A stretch of 64,000 bases of DNA, taken from the NCBI GenBank assembly GCA_946495675.1, contig CAMMDQ010000002.1:69542-133541 (forward strand). Direction: 5' to 3'. Under the pieces are notes generated by a model that saw only the letters and a program-made list of their open reading frames with translations, was not told the origin of the DNA and did not search any database. Below, in pieces: positions 27,560 through 38,717 of this stretch. Position 1 is the stretch's first letter. Each line of letters opens with the position of its first letter. The translations under genes and the position numbers were made by a program. Source of the stretch: an uncultured Bacillota bacterium (GTDB lineage Bacteria; Bacillota; Clostridia; Christensenellales; UBA1242).

Positions 27560-29152
27560 TTATTTTGCAGTATCGGTAAACCTTGATTCTCTTATAACAT
27601 TAACTTTAATCTGTCCCGGATATTGCATTTCGTTTTCAATTCGTTTTGCAATTTCTTTTGCCATAAACATTGCATCAGTGTCAGAAATTTCCTCAGGCTT
27701 AACCATTATTCGAACTTCCCTGCCCGCCTGAATAGCAAATGATTTTTCAACTCCTTTAAAGCTGTTGCAAATAGTCTCAAGCTGTTCAAGTCGTTTGATA
27801 TAATTTTCAAAACTTTCTCTTCTTGCACCAGGTCTCGTGCTTGAAATTGCATCGGCCACTTGAACAATAATTGCTTCAATACTATGGAATGGAACATTTC
27901 CATGGTGCGCTTCAATACAATGAATAACCGCTTCGCTTTCTTTATATTTTTTAGCCAAATCAACACCAATGGTTACATGGGTGCCCTCGATTTCATGATC
28001 AAGAGCCTTTCCAACATCATGCAGCAAGCCTCCTCGTTTTGCAACCGCAACATTTGCACCTATTTCGCTTGCAATAAGACCGGCAATGATGGATGTTTCT
28101 ACACTGTGTCTTAAACAGTTTTGACCATAACTGGTTCGATATTTCAATCTTCCAAGAACCTTAACAAGTTCTGGATTAAGGTTGTAAATTTGAACTTCAT
28201 TGCAAGCATTTTCACCTGCTTCTTTAACAGCTTTTTCAACTTCAATAGAAGCCTTTTCAACAACTTCTTCAATTCTAGCAGGATGGATTCTTCCGTCAAC
28301 AATAAGCTTTTCAAGTGCCAATCTTGCAATTTCTCGCCTAAACGGATCAAAGCTTGAAATTGTTATTGTCTCTGGAGTGTCGTCAACAATAAGTTCAACA
28401 CCAGTCATACTTTCAATAGAGCGGATATTTCGACCTTCTCGACCGATAATTCTGCCCTTCATCTCATCGTTTGGCAAAGCAACAGATGTAACCGTCATTT
28501 CACTTGAAAGGTCTGTAGCACATCTTTGGATGGCTCCCATAACTATATCTCGAGCATTCTTTTCCGCGTTTTCCTTGGCTTCATCTTCGATTTGTTTCAC
28601 CATTATTCCTGCATCTTTTTTTGCCTCATCGGTAATGCTTTCAATCAAAATATCTTTAGCTTCCTTCTTTGACAACCCAGAAATTTTTTCCAGTTTATCG
28701 AGCATTTGATTTTTGATTTGCTCCTGCTCTTCCAACTTTTCGTTAAGTTTTAGTTTATCTCCTTCAAGTTTTTGTTTTTCATTCTCAAGTTGATCAGTTT
28801 TCGAATCTATAAGTTGTTCTTTTTTAGTGATATATTCTTCTCTCTGATCAAGCCTTTCCTCTTGCTTTTGCAGTTCATTTCTGCGTTCTTTGGCTTCGTT
28901 ATTCGCCTCATCGCGAATTTTTTGAGCTTCTTCTTTTGCTTCAAGAATTGATTCTTTTTTAACGCTCTTTGCTTCCGCATAGGCATCTTCAATAATTTTC
29001 AATGCATTCGATTTGTTTTTGCTAATTTTTTTATCAATAACAAACTTATACACAATCATGCCGATTGCAATCCCAACTATAAGGGCACACACACCAGCAA
29101 CTACGCCTGCGGTCGCAACAGCATCACATAACATGCTAATACTGTTGTTCAT
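27560..29152 (-). CDS. rny: ribonuclease Y
   Basis: 530 aa with an N-terminal TM helix, a Glu/Lys coiled coil, a KH domain ([12 protein letters not shown]) and an HD domain (LLHDVGK, EAHHG). Confidence 0.97.
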   Translation of the reverse strand: MNNSISMLCDAVATAGVVAGVCALIVGIAIGMIVYKFVIDKKISKNKSNALKIIEDAYAEAKSVKKESILEAKEEAQKIRDEANNEAKERRNELQKQEERLDQREEYITKKEQLIDSKTDQLENEKQKLEGDKLKLNEKLEEQEQIKNQMLDKLEKISGLSKKEAKDILIESITDEAKKDAGIMVKQIEDEAKENAEKNARDIVMGAIQRCATDLSSEMTVTSVALPNDEMKGRIIGREGRNIRSIESMTGVELIVDDTPETITISSFDPFRREIARLALEKLIVDGRIHPARIEEVVEKASIEVEKAVKEAGENACNEVQIYNLNPELVKVLGRLKYRTSYGQNCLRHSVETSIIAGLIASEIGANVAVAKRGGLLHDVGKALDHEIEGTHVTIGVDLAKKYKESEAVIHCIEAHHGNVPFHSIEAIIVQVADAISSTRPGARRESFENYIKRLEQLETICNSFKGVEKSFAIQAGREVRIMVKPEEISDTDAMFMAKEIAKRIENEMQYPGQIKVNVIRESRFTDTAK

Positions 29153-29432
29153 TCCTTTCCCCTTTAATTATAAACTCGGTAAATCTCAAAAATAGGTTGA
29201 CATCAACAAGTAATGCCCAAATTAAATATATAATAAGTTGATGACAACTTAAAAATCTTAAAATACCTAAATCAATTATATTACTTTTTATAGACCAAGT
29301 CAAATAAAACTTAGTTATAAATTAAGAAATTTTTTAACAAAAAAAGTTGCTAAGCGAACATCTTTATCTTAACAACTTATTGAATTTAAATTAAAAATTT
29401 TTAAACCAAAAGCAAACTTTTTGGCAAGCGTT

Positions 29433-30572
<1,140 letters not shown>

Positions 30573-30628
30573 CTAATATTTTGTAGGTATTTTGCATGCA
30601 TAACAACTAGATATAGTATTATGCAATA

Positions 30629-31675
30629 TTAATAAATAAACATAGCATCTCCAAAAGAGAAAAATCGATACCCATCTTTCACAGCATGATCATAGATTTT
30701 CATGGTTTGATCATATCCTGCAAAAGCCGAAACCAACATGATAAGGGTGCTTTCTGGAAGGTGAAAATTTGTTATCAGCCCATCAATCACCTTAAATTTG
30801 TAAGAAGGATAAATAAAGATGCTCGTCTCCCTTTTTGCTGGAGCGATTCGCCCCTGCTCGTCAGCACAGCTTTCAAGCACTCTAACACTCGTTGTCCCAA
30901 CTGCGATAACTCTTCGCCCTTCTTTTTTTGCTTGATTGATTTTTTCTGCATTTTCTTCGCTCATTTCAATATATTCGCTATGCATTTGGTGACTTAAAAT
31001 ATTTTCTTCCTTCACTGGACGGAAAGTGCCCAACCCAACATGAAGCAAGACCTCAGCTATTTCCACCCCTTTATCTTTTATTTTCTCAAGCAGAGGCTTT
31101 GTAAAATGCAACCCAGCCGTAGGTGCTGCTGAAGATCCTTCAACCTTTGCATAGACCGTCTGATATCTTTCCTTATTTTTTAATTTCTCGTGTATATAAG
31201 GTGGAAGAGGCACTTGACCAACTTCTAACAATCTCTCCTCAAAAGTTCCTGAAAAATTAAACTCAATTTCACATTGTCCATAATCTGCTTTTTGCACGAT
31301 CACAGCACTTAGCTTCTCACTAAAGTGAATTTCGCTACCTATTTTCAATCTTTTAAATGGTCTGGCTATCACCTCCCATCTTTTTAAATCAAGCCTCTTT
31401 TGCAGCAAAACCTCAATCTTTGCGCCAGTGTCTTTATATCCAAAAAGTCTTGCCGGCAAAACCCTAGTATTGTTGACCACCAAAACATCTCCTTTTCGGA
31501 GAAAATCTACAATATCATAAAAATGTTTATTCTCTATTTTTTCATTTTCACGGCAAAAAATCAGCAACCTGGAGCTGTCTCTAGGCTCAATAGGTTGCTG
31601 CGCAATCAACTCTTGCGGCAAGTCATAAAAATAGCTTGATTTGCAAAGCAAATCTTTATTGTTTATATTAGACAT
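30629..31675 (-). CDS. queA: S-adenosylmethionine:tRNA ribosyltransferase-isomerase
   Basis: 348 aa with YDLPQELIAQQP and GTTSVRVLES motifs. Confidence 0.96.
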   Translation of the reverse strand: MSNINNKDLLCKSSYFYDLPQELIAQQPIEPRDSSRLLIFCRENEKIENKHFYDIVDFLRKGDVLVVNNTRVLPARLFGYKDTGAKIEVLLQKRLDLKRWEVIARPFKRLKIGSEIHFSEKLSAVIVQKADYGQCEIEFNFSGTFEERLLEVGQVPLPPYIHEKLKNKERYQTVYAKVEGSSAAPTAGLHFTKPLLEKIKDKGVEIAEVLLHVGLGTFRPVKEENILSHQMHSEYIEMSEENAEKINQAKKEGRRVIAVGTTSVRVLESCADEQGRIAPAKRETSIFIYPSYKFKVIDGLITNFHLPESTLIMLVSAFAGYDQTMKIYDHAVKDGYRFFSFGDAMFIY

Positions 31676-31683
31676 GTTCTCCT

Positions 31684-32691
31684 CTATTTTGCGACATACT
31701 GCATTCCAAAATGTTTGTATGCAGGCTCAAGAACAACTCTTCCCCTTGGCGTTCTTGAAATAAAGCCAAGTTGCAACAGATATGGTTCATAAACATCTTC
31801 AATAGTTGTTGCATCTTCGCTGATGGTTGCCGCCAAAGTGTCAAGCCCCACTGGACCTCCACCAAACTTGTTTATCATGGCAAGCAATATTTTTCTGTCA
31901 ATAGTGTCAAGGCCAAGGTCGTCAATCTCCATCACTTGCAGTGTTTTATCGGCAATGGTTTTGTCAACATGCCCCTTACCCATAACCTGAGCATAGTCTC
32001 GAACTCTTTTTAGCAACCTATTTGCAATTCTTGGAGTTCCCCTTGAGCGTTTTGCGATTTCCCCCGCCGCATCATCATCAATTTGCACCCCTAAAATTTT
32101 TGCAGAGCGCTTTATAATTATTTTGAGCTCTTCTGGGCTATAAAGCTCAAGACGACAGATAACCCCGAAACGATCACGCAGTGGATTTGTAAGCATACCA
32201 GCTCGAGTTGTTGCACCAATCAAAGTAAAAGGCTTGATTTTTAATCTCATGTTTCGAGCAGAAGGCCCTTTGCCCACTATAAAATCCAAGGCAAAATCTT
32301 CCATTGCGGGATACAATATCTCTTCTACCGTTTTGTTGAGTCTGTGAATTTCATCAATAAACAAAACATCATTTTGATTTAAATTGGTAAGGATTGCAGC
32401 AAGGTCGGCAGCATGCTCAATGGCGGGCCCAGATGTCACTTTAAATTGCGACCCCAGTTCATTTGCAATAATATGCGAAAGCGTTGTCTTCCCAAGGCCA
32501 GGCGGACCATAAAGCAAAACATGATCCAAGCTTTCCTTTCTTGTTTTTGCCGCTTGGATATACACGCTTAATGCTTCTTTGACCTTATTTTGACCAATAT
32601 ATTCATCAAGACTGGTTGGCCTTAAAGAATTTTCAATTTCCGCATCAGTCAAGTTCTTTGTGCTCTGCACAAATCTTTCTTCTTCGTTCAA
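31684..32691 (-). CDS. ruvB: Holliday junction branch migration helicase RuvB
   Basis: Walker [10 protein letters not shown] and Walker [10 protein letters not shown]. Confidence 0.97.
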   Translation of the reverse strand: MNEEERFVQSTKNLTDAEIENSLRPTSLDEYIGQNKVKEALSVYIQAAKTRKESLDHVLLYGPPGLGKTTLSHIIANELGSQFKVTSGPAIEHAADLAAILTNLNQNDVLFIDEIHRLNKTVEEILYPAMEDFALDFIVGKGPSARNMRLKIKPFTLIGATTRAGMLTNPLRDRFGVICRLELYSPEELKIIIKRSAKILGVQIDDDAAGEIAKRSRGTPRIANRLLKRVRDYAQVMGKGHVDKTIADKTLQVMEIDDLGLDTIDRKILLAMINKFGGGPVGLDTLAATISEDATTIEDVYEPYLLQLGFISRTPRGRVVLEPAYKHFGMQYVAK

Positions 32692-33275
32692 CCTTTATAC
32701 CCCCTTAAAGCTTTAGAAATAATTTCTTCAGCAGTTGCATCATTTTGTGCGTTTGCTCTTGCAAGCATATAAGCTTCGTTTTTATTGATGCCAAGACTGA
32801 TAAGAGTGTCAGTTGCCATTTGGACTGCATCCTCATCATAATCAGCACTAAAAGTCGCTTCATTTGTGCTTGCTTGCCCTAATTTATCTTTAAGTTCCAA
32901 ACAAATTCTTTCAGCTGTTTTTTTGCCTAACCCTTTGATCTTTGATAAAAGCTTGCTATCTTCTTTGATTATTGCTATTGTGAGATCTGACAAACTTAAA
33001 CCAGACAAAATCGTAATTGCCATTTTTGGCCCCACACCACTTACAGAGATAAGTTTGAAAAAAACTTCCCGCTCTTCTTTGCTTGAAAAACCAAATAAGA
33101 AAACACCATCCTCTCTTACAGCCATATAAGTAAAAATCTTTACACTTTCACCAGCCATCGGCAAACTTGACAATGTGTTGGTTGAAACTGTGAGCTCATA
33201 GCCAACACCACTCACATCCAGTATCAGAGTGTTTTCACTCTTTTCTTCTATAACTCCAACTAAAAATGAAATCAT
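32688..33275 (-). CDS. ruvA: Holliday junction DNA helicase RuvA
   Basis: 195 aa with HhH motifs ([21 protein letters not shown]). Confidence 0.95.
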   Translation of the reverse strand: MISFLVGVIEEKSENTLILDVSGVGYELTVSTNTLSSLPMAGESVKIFTYMAVREDGVFLFGFSSKEEREVFFKLISVSGVGPKMAITILSGLSLSDLTIAIIKEDSKLLSKIKGLGKKTAERICLELKDKLGQASTNEATFSADYDEDAVQMATDTLISLGINKNEAYMLARANAQNDATAEEIISKALRGYKG

Positions 33276-33283
33276 AATGACTC

Positions 33284-33772
33284 CTACACTCTATTCCTAT
33301 TAAGCATCGGGCTTGACTGGCTATGGCAAATTGCAACAGCAAGAGCATCAGCCGCATCATCAGGTTTTGGTATGCTGTTTAATCCTAAAATAGCCTTGAC
33401 CATAAATTGCACTTGAGCCTTTTCCGCCCTTCCCTGACCTGTTAATGCCTGCTTAATTTGCAGCGGTGTATACTCATAGATATTCCCACAATACTTTTGA
33501 CAAGCAAGCAAAATCACTCCTCGAGCTTGCGCGACTTGAATAACTGTTTTTTGATTTTTGAAATAAAACAACTCTTCAATAGCAACAACATCTGGCTTAA
33601 ATTTGTCAAACAAATATTTTAAGCTTTTATCTATATTTTCCAGCCTTATCGGCATACTGTCCTCTTTTGGAGTTGTTATCGCTCCATAATCAAGAAGCAT
33701 GTTTTGTTTGTTTGTATCCAAAACTCCATAGCCAATGATTGCGTAACCCGGGTCAATACCTAATACTATCAT
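33284..33772 (-). CDS. ruvC: crossover junction endodeoxyribonuclease RuvC
   Basis: 162 aa with MIVLGIDPGYAIIGYG at the N-terminus and DAADALAVAICH at the C-terminus. Confidence 0.95.
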   Translation of the reverse strand: MIVLGIDPGYAIIGYGVLDTNKQNMLLDYGAITTPKEDSMPIRLENIDKSLKYLFDKFKPDVVAIEELFYFKNQKTVIQVAQARGVILLACQKYCGNIYEYTPLQIKQALTGQGRAEKAQVQFMVKAILGLNSIPKPDDAADALAVAICHSQSSPMLNRNRV

Positions 33773-33955
33773 AGGTAAATTTTACAATATAAAAAAAATT
33801 AAGTCAATCAAACTAAGCTATAAGTTTATTATTTTCAATCGGACATTTTTGATCACCTTGCCGCCATAGTCTTTTCGTTTGCTTTGCACACGAAAAGAAA
33901 AAGCCAAACTTTAAGTTTGGCTTTTATCAACAGTTGTTGATGCTATAGCGGCAAA

Positions 33956-35620
33956 TCAACACTGGGCATCTTTTAACATTTCTCTCGCATGAGAAACTGC
34001 AATATCGCTTAAAGAGTTTCCACCAGTGATCCTCGCAATTGCTTGGACAATCTCTTCACCTTGCAAAATTTTTGCTTGCGAGAAAGTCTGCCCATTTTTT
34101 TCAGTTTTTGAAACATTGATAAAATTATTACCAAAGGCAGCAACTTGCGGAAGATGCGTGATACACAAAACCTGCGAAAATTTGGTTATATTTTTAAGTT
34201 TTTGCCCCACTATCTTGCCTGTCTCGCCACTTATTCCAGCATCAATTTCATCAAAGAGCAAAGTTGAAGCGGCTCCATTTTGCGCAAAAATATTTTTTAT
34301 TGCCAACATAAACCTGCTCAACTCTCCACCAGAAGCAGTTTTTGCAAGTGATTTGACTTCCTGACCGGCATTTGCAGAAAAATTAAATTTAACATCATCT
34401 TGCCCATTTGCATAAATTTGCTCAAGCTTATCAAATTCCACTTCAAAGGTGGATGACTTCATGCCAAGCTCTTTCAACTCGTTTTCAACTCGATTCTCAA
34501 CAGTCAAAGCAGTTTGCTTTCTCACCGTAGTCAACTGGTCTGCAAGTTCTTGCATTTTGCAAAGCACATCCCGCTTTTGCTTTTCAAGTTTTTCAAGTTC
34601 AAACTCTCCATCTTCCAAAAGGTCAAGTTGTTGTTTTGCATTTTGTCCGAAATCAAGCACTTTTTCAATTGAACCGCCATACTTTCTGCATAAACTCTTG
34701 ATAACATCACTTCTTTGGTCAAGCATATCAAATTCATGTTGATCAAACGAAGTTTGGTCCTTTAGCTCAATAAGTCCATCAAGAATATCATCAAGTTCAT
34801 ATCTTGTGCTGTCAACTCTCTCTTTAAAAGCAGAGGCCTCTTCAATCCCTGAAAGAGAGCCCAGTTGCGCAGAAACTTCTTGCAACTGATTTGACACACT
34901 ATCTGCATTATCTGAAAGCAGCATTTCACAATTTGATACAGCATTAAAAATTTTTTCACTGTTATTTAAAACCTTAAGCCGTTCTTTTATTTTTTCATCT
35001 TCGCCAATTTCAAGATTAGCCTGCTCAATTTCGTCATACTGAAATTTCAAAAGAGATATAAGCCTTGCTCTTTCATTTTCATCCCCACCAAGAGTTTTGA
35101 TTTTTTTGTTTATTTCGCTCATTTGACTAGCCAGCTTTGCCAAATCTTCCTTAACCTTTTTGATGGTGTCGCCAGCAAATTTATCAAGCATTGCTAAGTG
35201 ATTTTTTGTGCTTAACATATCAACACTTTCATGTTGGGTATAGAAGTCAGCAAGAAAGGAAGAAAGTTCTTTTAACATTGCAGCTGTTGCGATCATTCCG
35301 TTTATTCTTACCTGACTTTTCCCATCTTGACTAAGTGTTCTTACTATCAAAAGTTCGCCTTCGCATTCATACCCTGCTTCAGTCAAAAAAGAAATTGTTT
35401 CTTGGTTAAGATCAGAAAACAGAGCTTGAACCCTCATAAAATCTTTGCCAGATCGAATAACAGACCTATCAATCTTTGAGCCCAAAACAAAAAGAAGACT
35501 TTTAAAAATAAGGCTTTTTCCTGAACCTGTTTCGCCGAGCACGATATTTAAGCCTTTTTCAAAGTCGATAGAAATGTTTTCAATAAGTGCAAAATTTTCA
35601 ATCTTTAATGTTTGTAACAT
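33956..35620 (-). CDS. recN: DNA repair protein RecN
   Basis: 554 aa, SMC-like, with Walker A GETGSGKS, the signature SGGELSR and Walker B LLFDEIDAG. Confidence 0.96.
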   Translation of the reverse strand: MLQTLKIENFALIENISIDFEKGLNIVLGETGSGKSLIFKSLLFVLGSKIDRSVIRSGKDFMRVQALFSDLNQETISFLTEAGYECEGELLIVRTLSQDGKSQVRINGMIATAAMLKELSSFLADFYTQHESVDMLSTKNHLAMLDKFAGDTIKKVKEDLAKLASQMSEINKKIKTLGGDENERARLISLLKFQYDEIEQANLEIGEDEKIKERLKVLNNSEKIFNAVSNCEMLLSDNADSVSNQLQEVSAQLGSLSGIEEASAFKERVDSTRYELDDILDGLIELKDQTSFDQHEFDMLDQRSDVIKSLCRKYGGSIEKVLDFGQNAKQQLDLLEDGEFELEKLEKQKRDVLCKMQELADQLTTVRKQTALTVENRVENELKELGMKSSTFEVEFDKLEQIYANGQDDVKFNFSANAGQEVKSLAKTASGGELSRFMLAIKNIFAQNGAASTLLFDEIDAGISGETGKIVGQKLKNITKFSQVLCITHLPQVAAFGNNFINVSKTEKNGQTFSQAKILQGEEIVQAIARITGGNSLSDIAVSHAREMLKDAQC

Positions 35621-35682
35621 TTTATCCTCTTTATAATGTTATCATTTACAAGTAAAAAAATCAAACATTTTCAACACAAAAC

Positions 35683-36135
35683 TTAGCTAAGCATTGCATT
35701 CAGAGTTACCACCGCTTCGCCCGCTAAAATTGTTGTAGGAAAGATAAGCATAACGGTATCATCTCCATAGCAAGCCCCCATTAATTCATTCAAATTGAGT
35801 TTATCCACAAAACCGCACACTCCGCCAGCCATTCCTTTCATTGTTTTAAGCACTGCTAAGTTCATTGCAGATTTGACAGAAATCACAGCTTCTTTGAAGA
35901 TTGTTATGTATTTGTTGGAAATAACCTGGTCTTCAGAGCCGACAAAACAATATTTATACTTGCCAGAAGCAGATAAAATTTTAGTGAGCCCAAGCTCTTT
36001 AATATCTCTTGAAATGGTCGCTTGCGTAATTTCAAAGTTTGCATTACGAAGTTCTCTTGCAAGCTCATCTTGAGTTTCAATCTCTTTTGTGGAAATGATT
36101 TCCAAAATTTTTGATTGTCGTGCGCTTCTCGCCAT
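35683..36135 (-). CDS. argR: arginine repressor
   Basis: 150 aa with RQSKILEIISTKEIETQDEL wHTH and a C-terminal GxxAGDDT-like motif (GACYGDDTVMLI). Confidence 0.93.
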   Translation of the reverse strand: MARSARQSKILEIISTKEIETQDELARELRNANFEITQATISRDIKELGLTKILSASGKYKYCFVGSEDQVISNKYITIFKEAVISVKSAMNLAVLKTMKGMAGGVCGFVDKLNLNELMGACYGDDTVMLIFPTTILAGEAVVTLNAMLS

Positions 36136-36185
36136 AGTTTTCTCCTAAATCGCTATTCGCCTTTATTTTAAAGGCATGTAGCCGT

Positions 36186-36282
36186 TATGCATAATTATAA
36201 ATTTATGATTATTCATGCATTTTTGATTATTATACATCATTTTTTATAATTATGCAAGCGATTTTTGCATAAATATTCAGCG
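36186..36282. promoter_or_regulatory. candidate ARG boxes upstream of argR
   Basis: tatgcataattataaatt, tatgattattcatgcatt and tttgcataaatattcagc match 15-16 of 18 positions of TNTGAATWWWWATTCANW by eye. Confidence 0.35.
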
Positions 36283-36390
36283 ATTTTTTATATAAATTTG
36301 ATATTTTGAAATTTTATAAAAATCAAATTTATAATTATAAGCCTTTATGCATTTTGCAAAAACAAAAAAACGCGGCAAAAAACACCCCAC

Positions 36391-36413
36391 AAAAAAAGCG
36401 GGCTGCTGCCCGC
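36391..36413 (-). terminator. intrinsic terminator after thiI
   Basis: On the minus strand, gcgggc-agca-gcccgc followed by ttttttt. Confidence 0.85.
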
Positions 36414-36430
36414 CTGAAAGGTTTTTAAAT

Positions 36431-37591
36431 TCAATCTCTTTTTAAAGTCACAATCTCTTCTGTTTGTAAAGCTTCGTCGACAAGCTGTTCGATGTTTAAA
36501 AAGCCTTCTTCTTTTTCGCATTTTTCAAGTGTTGGTTTGATAACTGGATTTTTTGGCAAAAAGACTGTGCAGCAATCTTCATACGGCAAAATCGATGTTT
36601 GATATGTGCCAATGCTTTTTGCAATTTCCATAATCTCTTCTTTGTCGAGCGCTAGGCACGGTCTGAAAATCGGTAAAGTATCAACAACCGCCCCAGTAAC
36701 AGTCATACTTTGCATTGTCTGACTCGCTACTTGACCAAGGCTTTCCCCTGTGACAATCGCACCAAGACCATCTCTCAAACAAATCTTTTGCGCTATTCGC
36801 ATCATAATTCGCCGCATAATCGTTATCATAAACTCATTTCTGCAATGCACATGAATGGCCTCTTGCACCTTTGTAAAAGAAATGACATGCAGCTTGATTT
36901 CATCCACATATTCACAAAGCTGTTTTGCAAGAGCCAAAACCTTGTCTTTAGCTTCTTCTGAAGTATAAGGATAACTGTGAAAATGCAAAGCTTCAATTTT
37001 CAAACCCCTCTTTGCAACCATATAGCCAGCAACAGGACTGTCAATACCACCCGAGAGCAAAAGCAGACCTTTGCCAGCACTGCCAAGAGGTAAACCGCCT
37101 TGACATTTAATTATATCATCAAAAATATACGCTTTTTTATTAAGCCTAATGTCGATATTAATAGTTGTTTGAGGATTATAAAGCTCAACTGAAACATCTG
37201 GATTTTTTGACAGTATAATGCCGCCGAGTTCTTTTGCAAAATCCATTGAAGAAATTGGGAAAGTCTTATCAGCCCTTTTCACAACAACCTTAAAATTGGA
37301 TGTTTTGATTTTGATTGTTGATACAAGGTTTTTGATTGTTTCCGCATCCGCATCAACCTGTTGGGCAAGCGAAATGCTGTAAAGTCCAAAAACCTTTTTT
37401 AATCTGTCAACAATTTCATCTTCTTTTTGAATGTCGTATTCACTTACCACATATCTGCCAAAAGTCTTTTCAAATTTATAGACAAGCCCAGCCAGCTTTG
37501 CTTTGATATTTGATATGAGCATTGACTCAAAAATGTATCTATTATCACCCTTTAAATAAAGTTCTCCAAATCTCAACAAAATCGCCTTCAT
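36431..37591 (-). CDS. thiI: tRNA 4-thiouridine synthase ThiI
   Basis: THUMP region plus the PP-loop LLLSGGIDSPVA. ATG 37591 behind GGAGAAGG (MKAILLRFGELYLKG). Confidence 0.94.
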   Translation of the reverse strand: MKAILLRFGELYLKGDNRYIFESMLISNIKAKLAGLVYKFEKTFGRYVVSEYDIQKEDEIVDRLKKVFGLYSISLAQQVDADAETIKNLVSTIKIKTSNFKVVVKRADKTFPISSMDFAKELGGIILSKNPDVSVELYNPQTTINIDIRLNKKAYIFDDIIKCQGGLPLGSAGKGLLLLSGGIDSPVAGYMVAKRGLKIEALHFHSYPYTSEEAKDKVLALAKQLCEYVDEIKLHVISFTKVQEAIHVHCRNEFMITIMRRIMMRIAQKICLRDGLGAIVTGESLGQVASQTMQSMTVTGAVVDTLPIFRPCLALDKEEIMEIAKSIGTYQTSILPYEDCCTVFLPKNPVIKPTLEKCEKEEGFLNIEQLVDEALQTEEIVTLKRD

Positions 37592-37601
37592 ACCTTCTCC
37601 T

Positions 37602-38717
37602 TCAAATTTTAAGCGAACTAAGCCTTTGCGCACATTCCAAAATTTTTCTTCCAGCTTCTTCGACTTCCGCTTTACTCATATAAGCATTAAAAGAAATTCT
37701 TATACTTGAAACAACCTCTTCCTTTCTCATGCCCATGCTTTCTAAAATTCTATTCCCCGCTTTTTTGGTTGAACAGGCACTGCCAGTGCTTACAAGCACA
37801 CCTTCATCCTGAAGAGCTCTAGATAAAGTTTCGCCATTCACACCATGATAAGAAATAGACAAAATATACGGAGAATAACTTTCAACAATCTTAATATTTT
37901 TATCCTCCATCAAAATTTGAACTAAAGCCTTTTTAAGCATTTGAGTTTGCTCAAAATTCTTAAGAACATTTATTTGCTCACAAGCTTCTTTCATCGCCAT
38001 TATGCCCGGCACATTTTCCGTTCCCGAACGCAAATCATTTTCCTGTCCACCCCCAAAAACTATGCTCTTAAGCGAGCTTTGGTTGCGGATATAAAGAGCA
38101 CCAACACCCTTAGGACCATGAAATTTATGAGCTGATATCGTGTAAGAATCCACTCCCAGCTCGTCAACTGAAAAGACAATTTTGTTAAAAGCTTGCACTC
38201 CATCAACATGCAAAAGCGCTTTAGATTTAGATTTAACAATTTGACTTACCTTTTTTATATCATTAAGCACACCTGTTTCATTGCTCACATGCATCACACA
38301 TACAAGCCTGGTTTTTTCGTTAACAACATTTTCAAGGGCGTCATAATCAATTTCTCCGTTATTTTTCAGCAGAACATAATGAACAACACACCCCTGTCTC
38401 TCCAACTCTCTGGCAACATTAAAAACACTTGGATGTTCACCCATAGAAAAAACATATTCCCATTTACCATTTCGACGAGAGCCCAATATTGCAAGATTGT
38501 TACTTTCAGTCGCACCACTCGTAAAAATGATTTGACCTTGCTTTGCCTCCAGTCGCTCAAGCAAGCATTTTCGCGCTCCATCGAGGCCCTTTTTCACTTC
38601 TCTTGCAGGACGATAAAAAGCACTTGGGTTATAAAAAAGCTGGCAGGCATATTTTTGATATTGCCCAGCCGCACTTTCAAACATTTTTGTAGTTGAAGCA
38701 TTGTCAAGATAAATCAT
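37602..38717 (-). CDS. cysteine desulfurase (NifS/IscS family)
   Basis: Class V aminotransferase with the PLP lysine in SAHKFHGPKG and the catalytic Cys loop STGSACS. Paired with thiI. Confidence 0.92.
   Translation of the reverse strand: MIYLDNASTTKMFESAAGQYQKYACQLFYNPSAFYRPAREVKKGLDGARKCLLERLEAKQGQIIFTSGATESNNLAILGSRRNGKWEYVFSMGEHPSVFNVARELERQGCVVHYVLLKNNGEIDYDALENVVNEKTRLVCVMHVSNETGVLNDIKKVSQIVKSKSKALLHVDGVQAFNKIVFSVDELGVDSYTISAHKFHGPKGVGALYIRNQSSLKSIVFGGGQENDLRSGTENVPGIMAMKEACEQINVLKNFEQTQMLKKALVQILMEDKNIKIVESYSPYILSISYHGVNGETLSRALQDEGVLVSTGSACSTKKAGNRILESMGMRKEEVVSSIRISFNAYMSKAEVEEAGRKILECAQRLSSLKI

Noticed and set aside
28200-28709. 169-aa plus-strand ORF (Ser/Ile/Phe-rich)
   Set aside because: It is antisense to the Glu/Lys-rich coiled-coil region of rny, so it is a mirror-frame artefact.
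29205-29262. Inverted repeat gttgacatcaac ... gttgatgacaac and a TTGACA box upstream of rny
   Set aside because: It has one mismatch and a roughly 30-nt AT-rich spacer. The TTGACA is on the wrong strand for rny and has no properly spaced -10. The evidence is insufficient.
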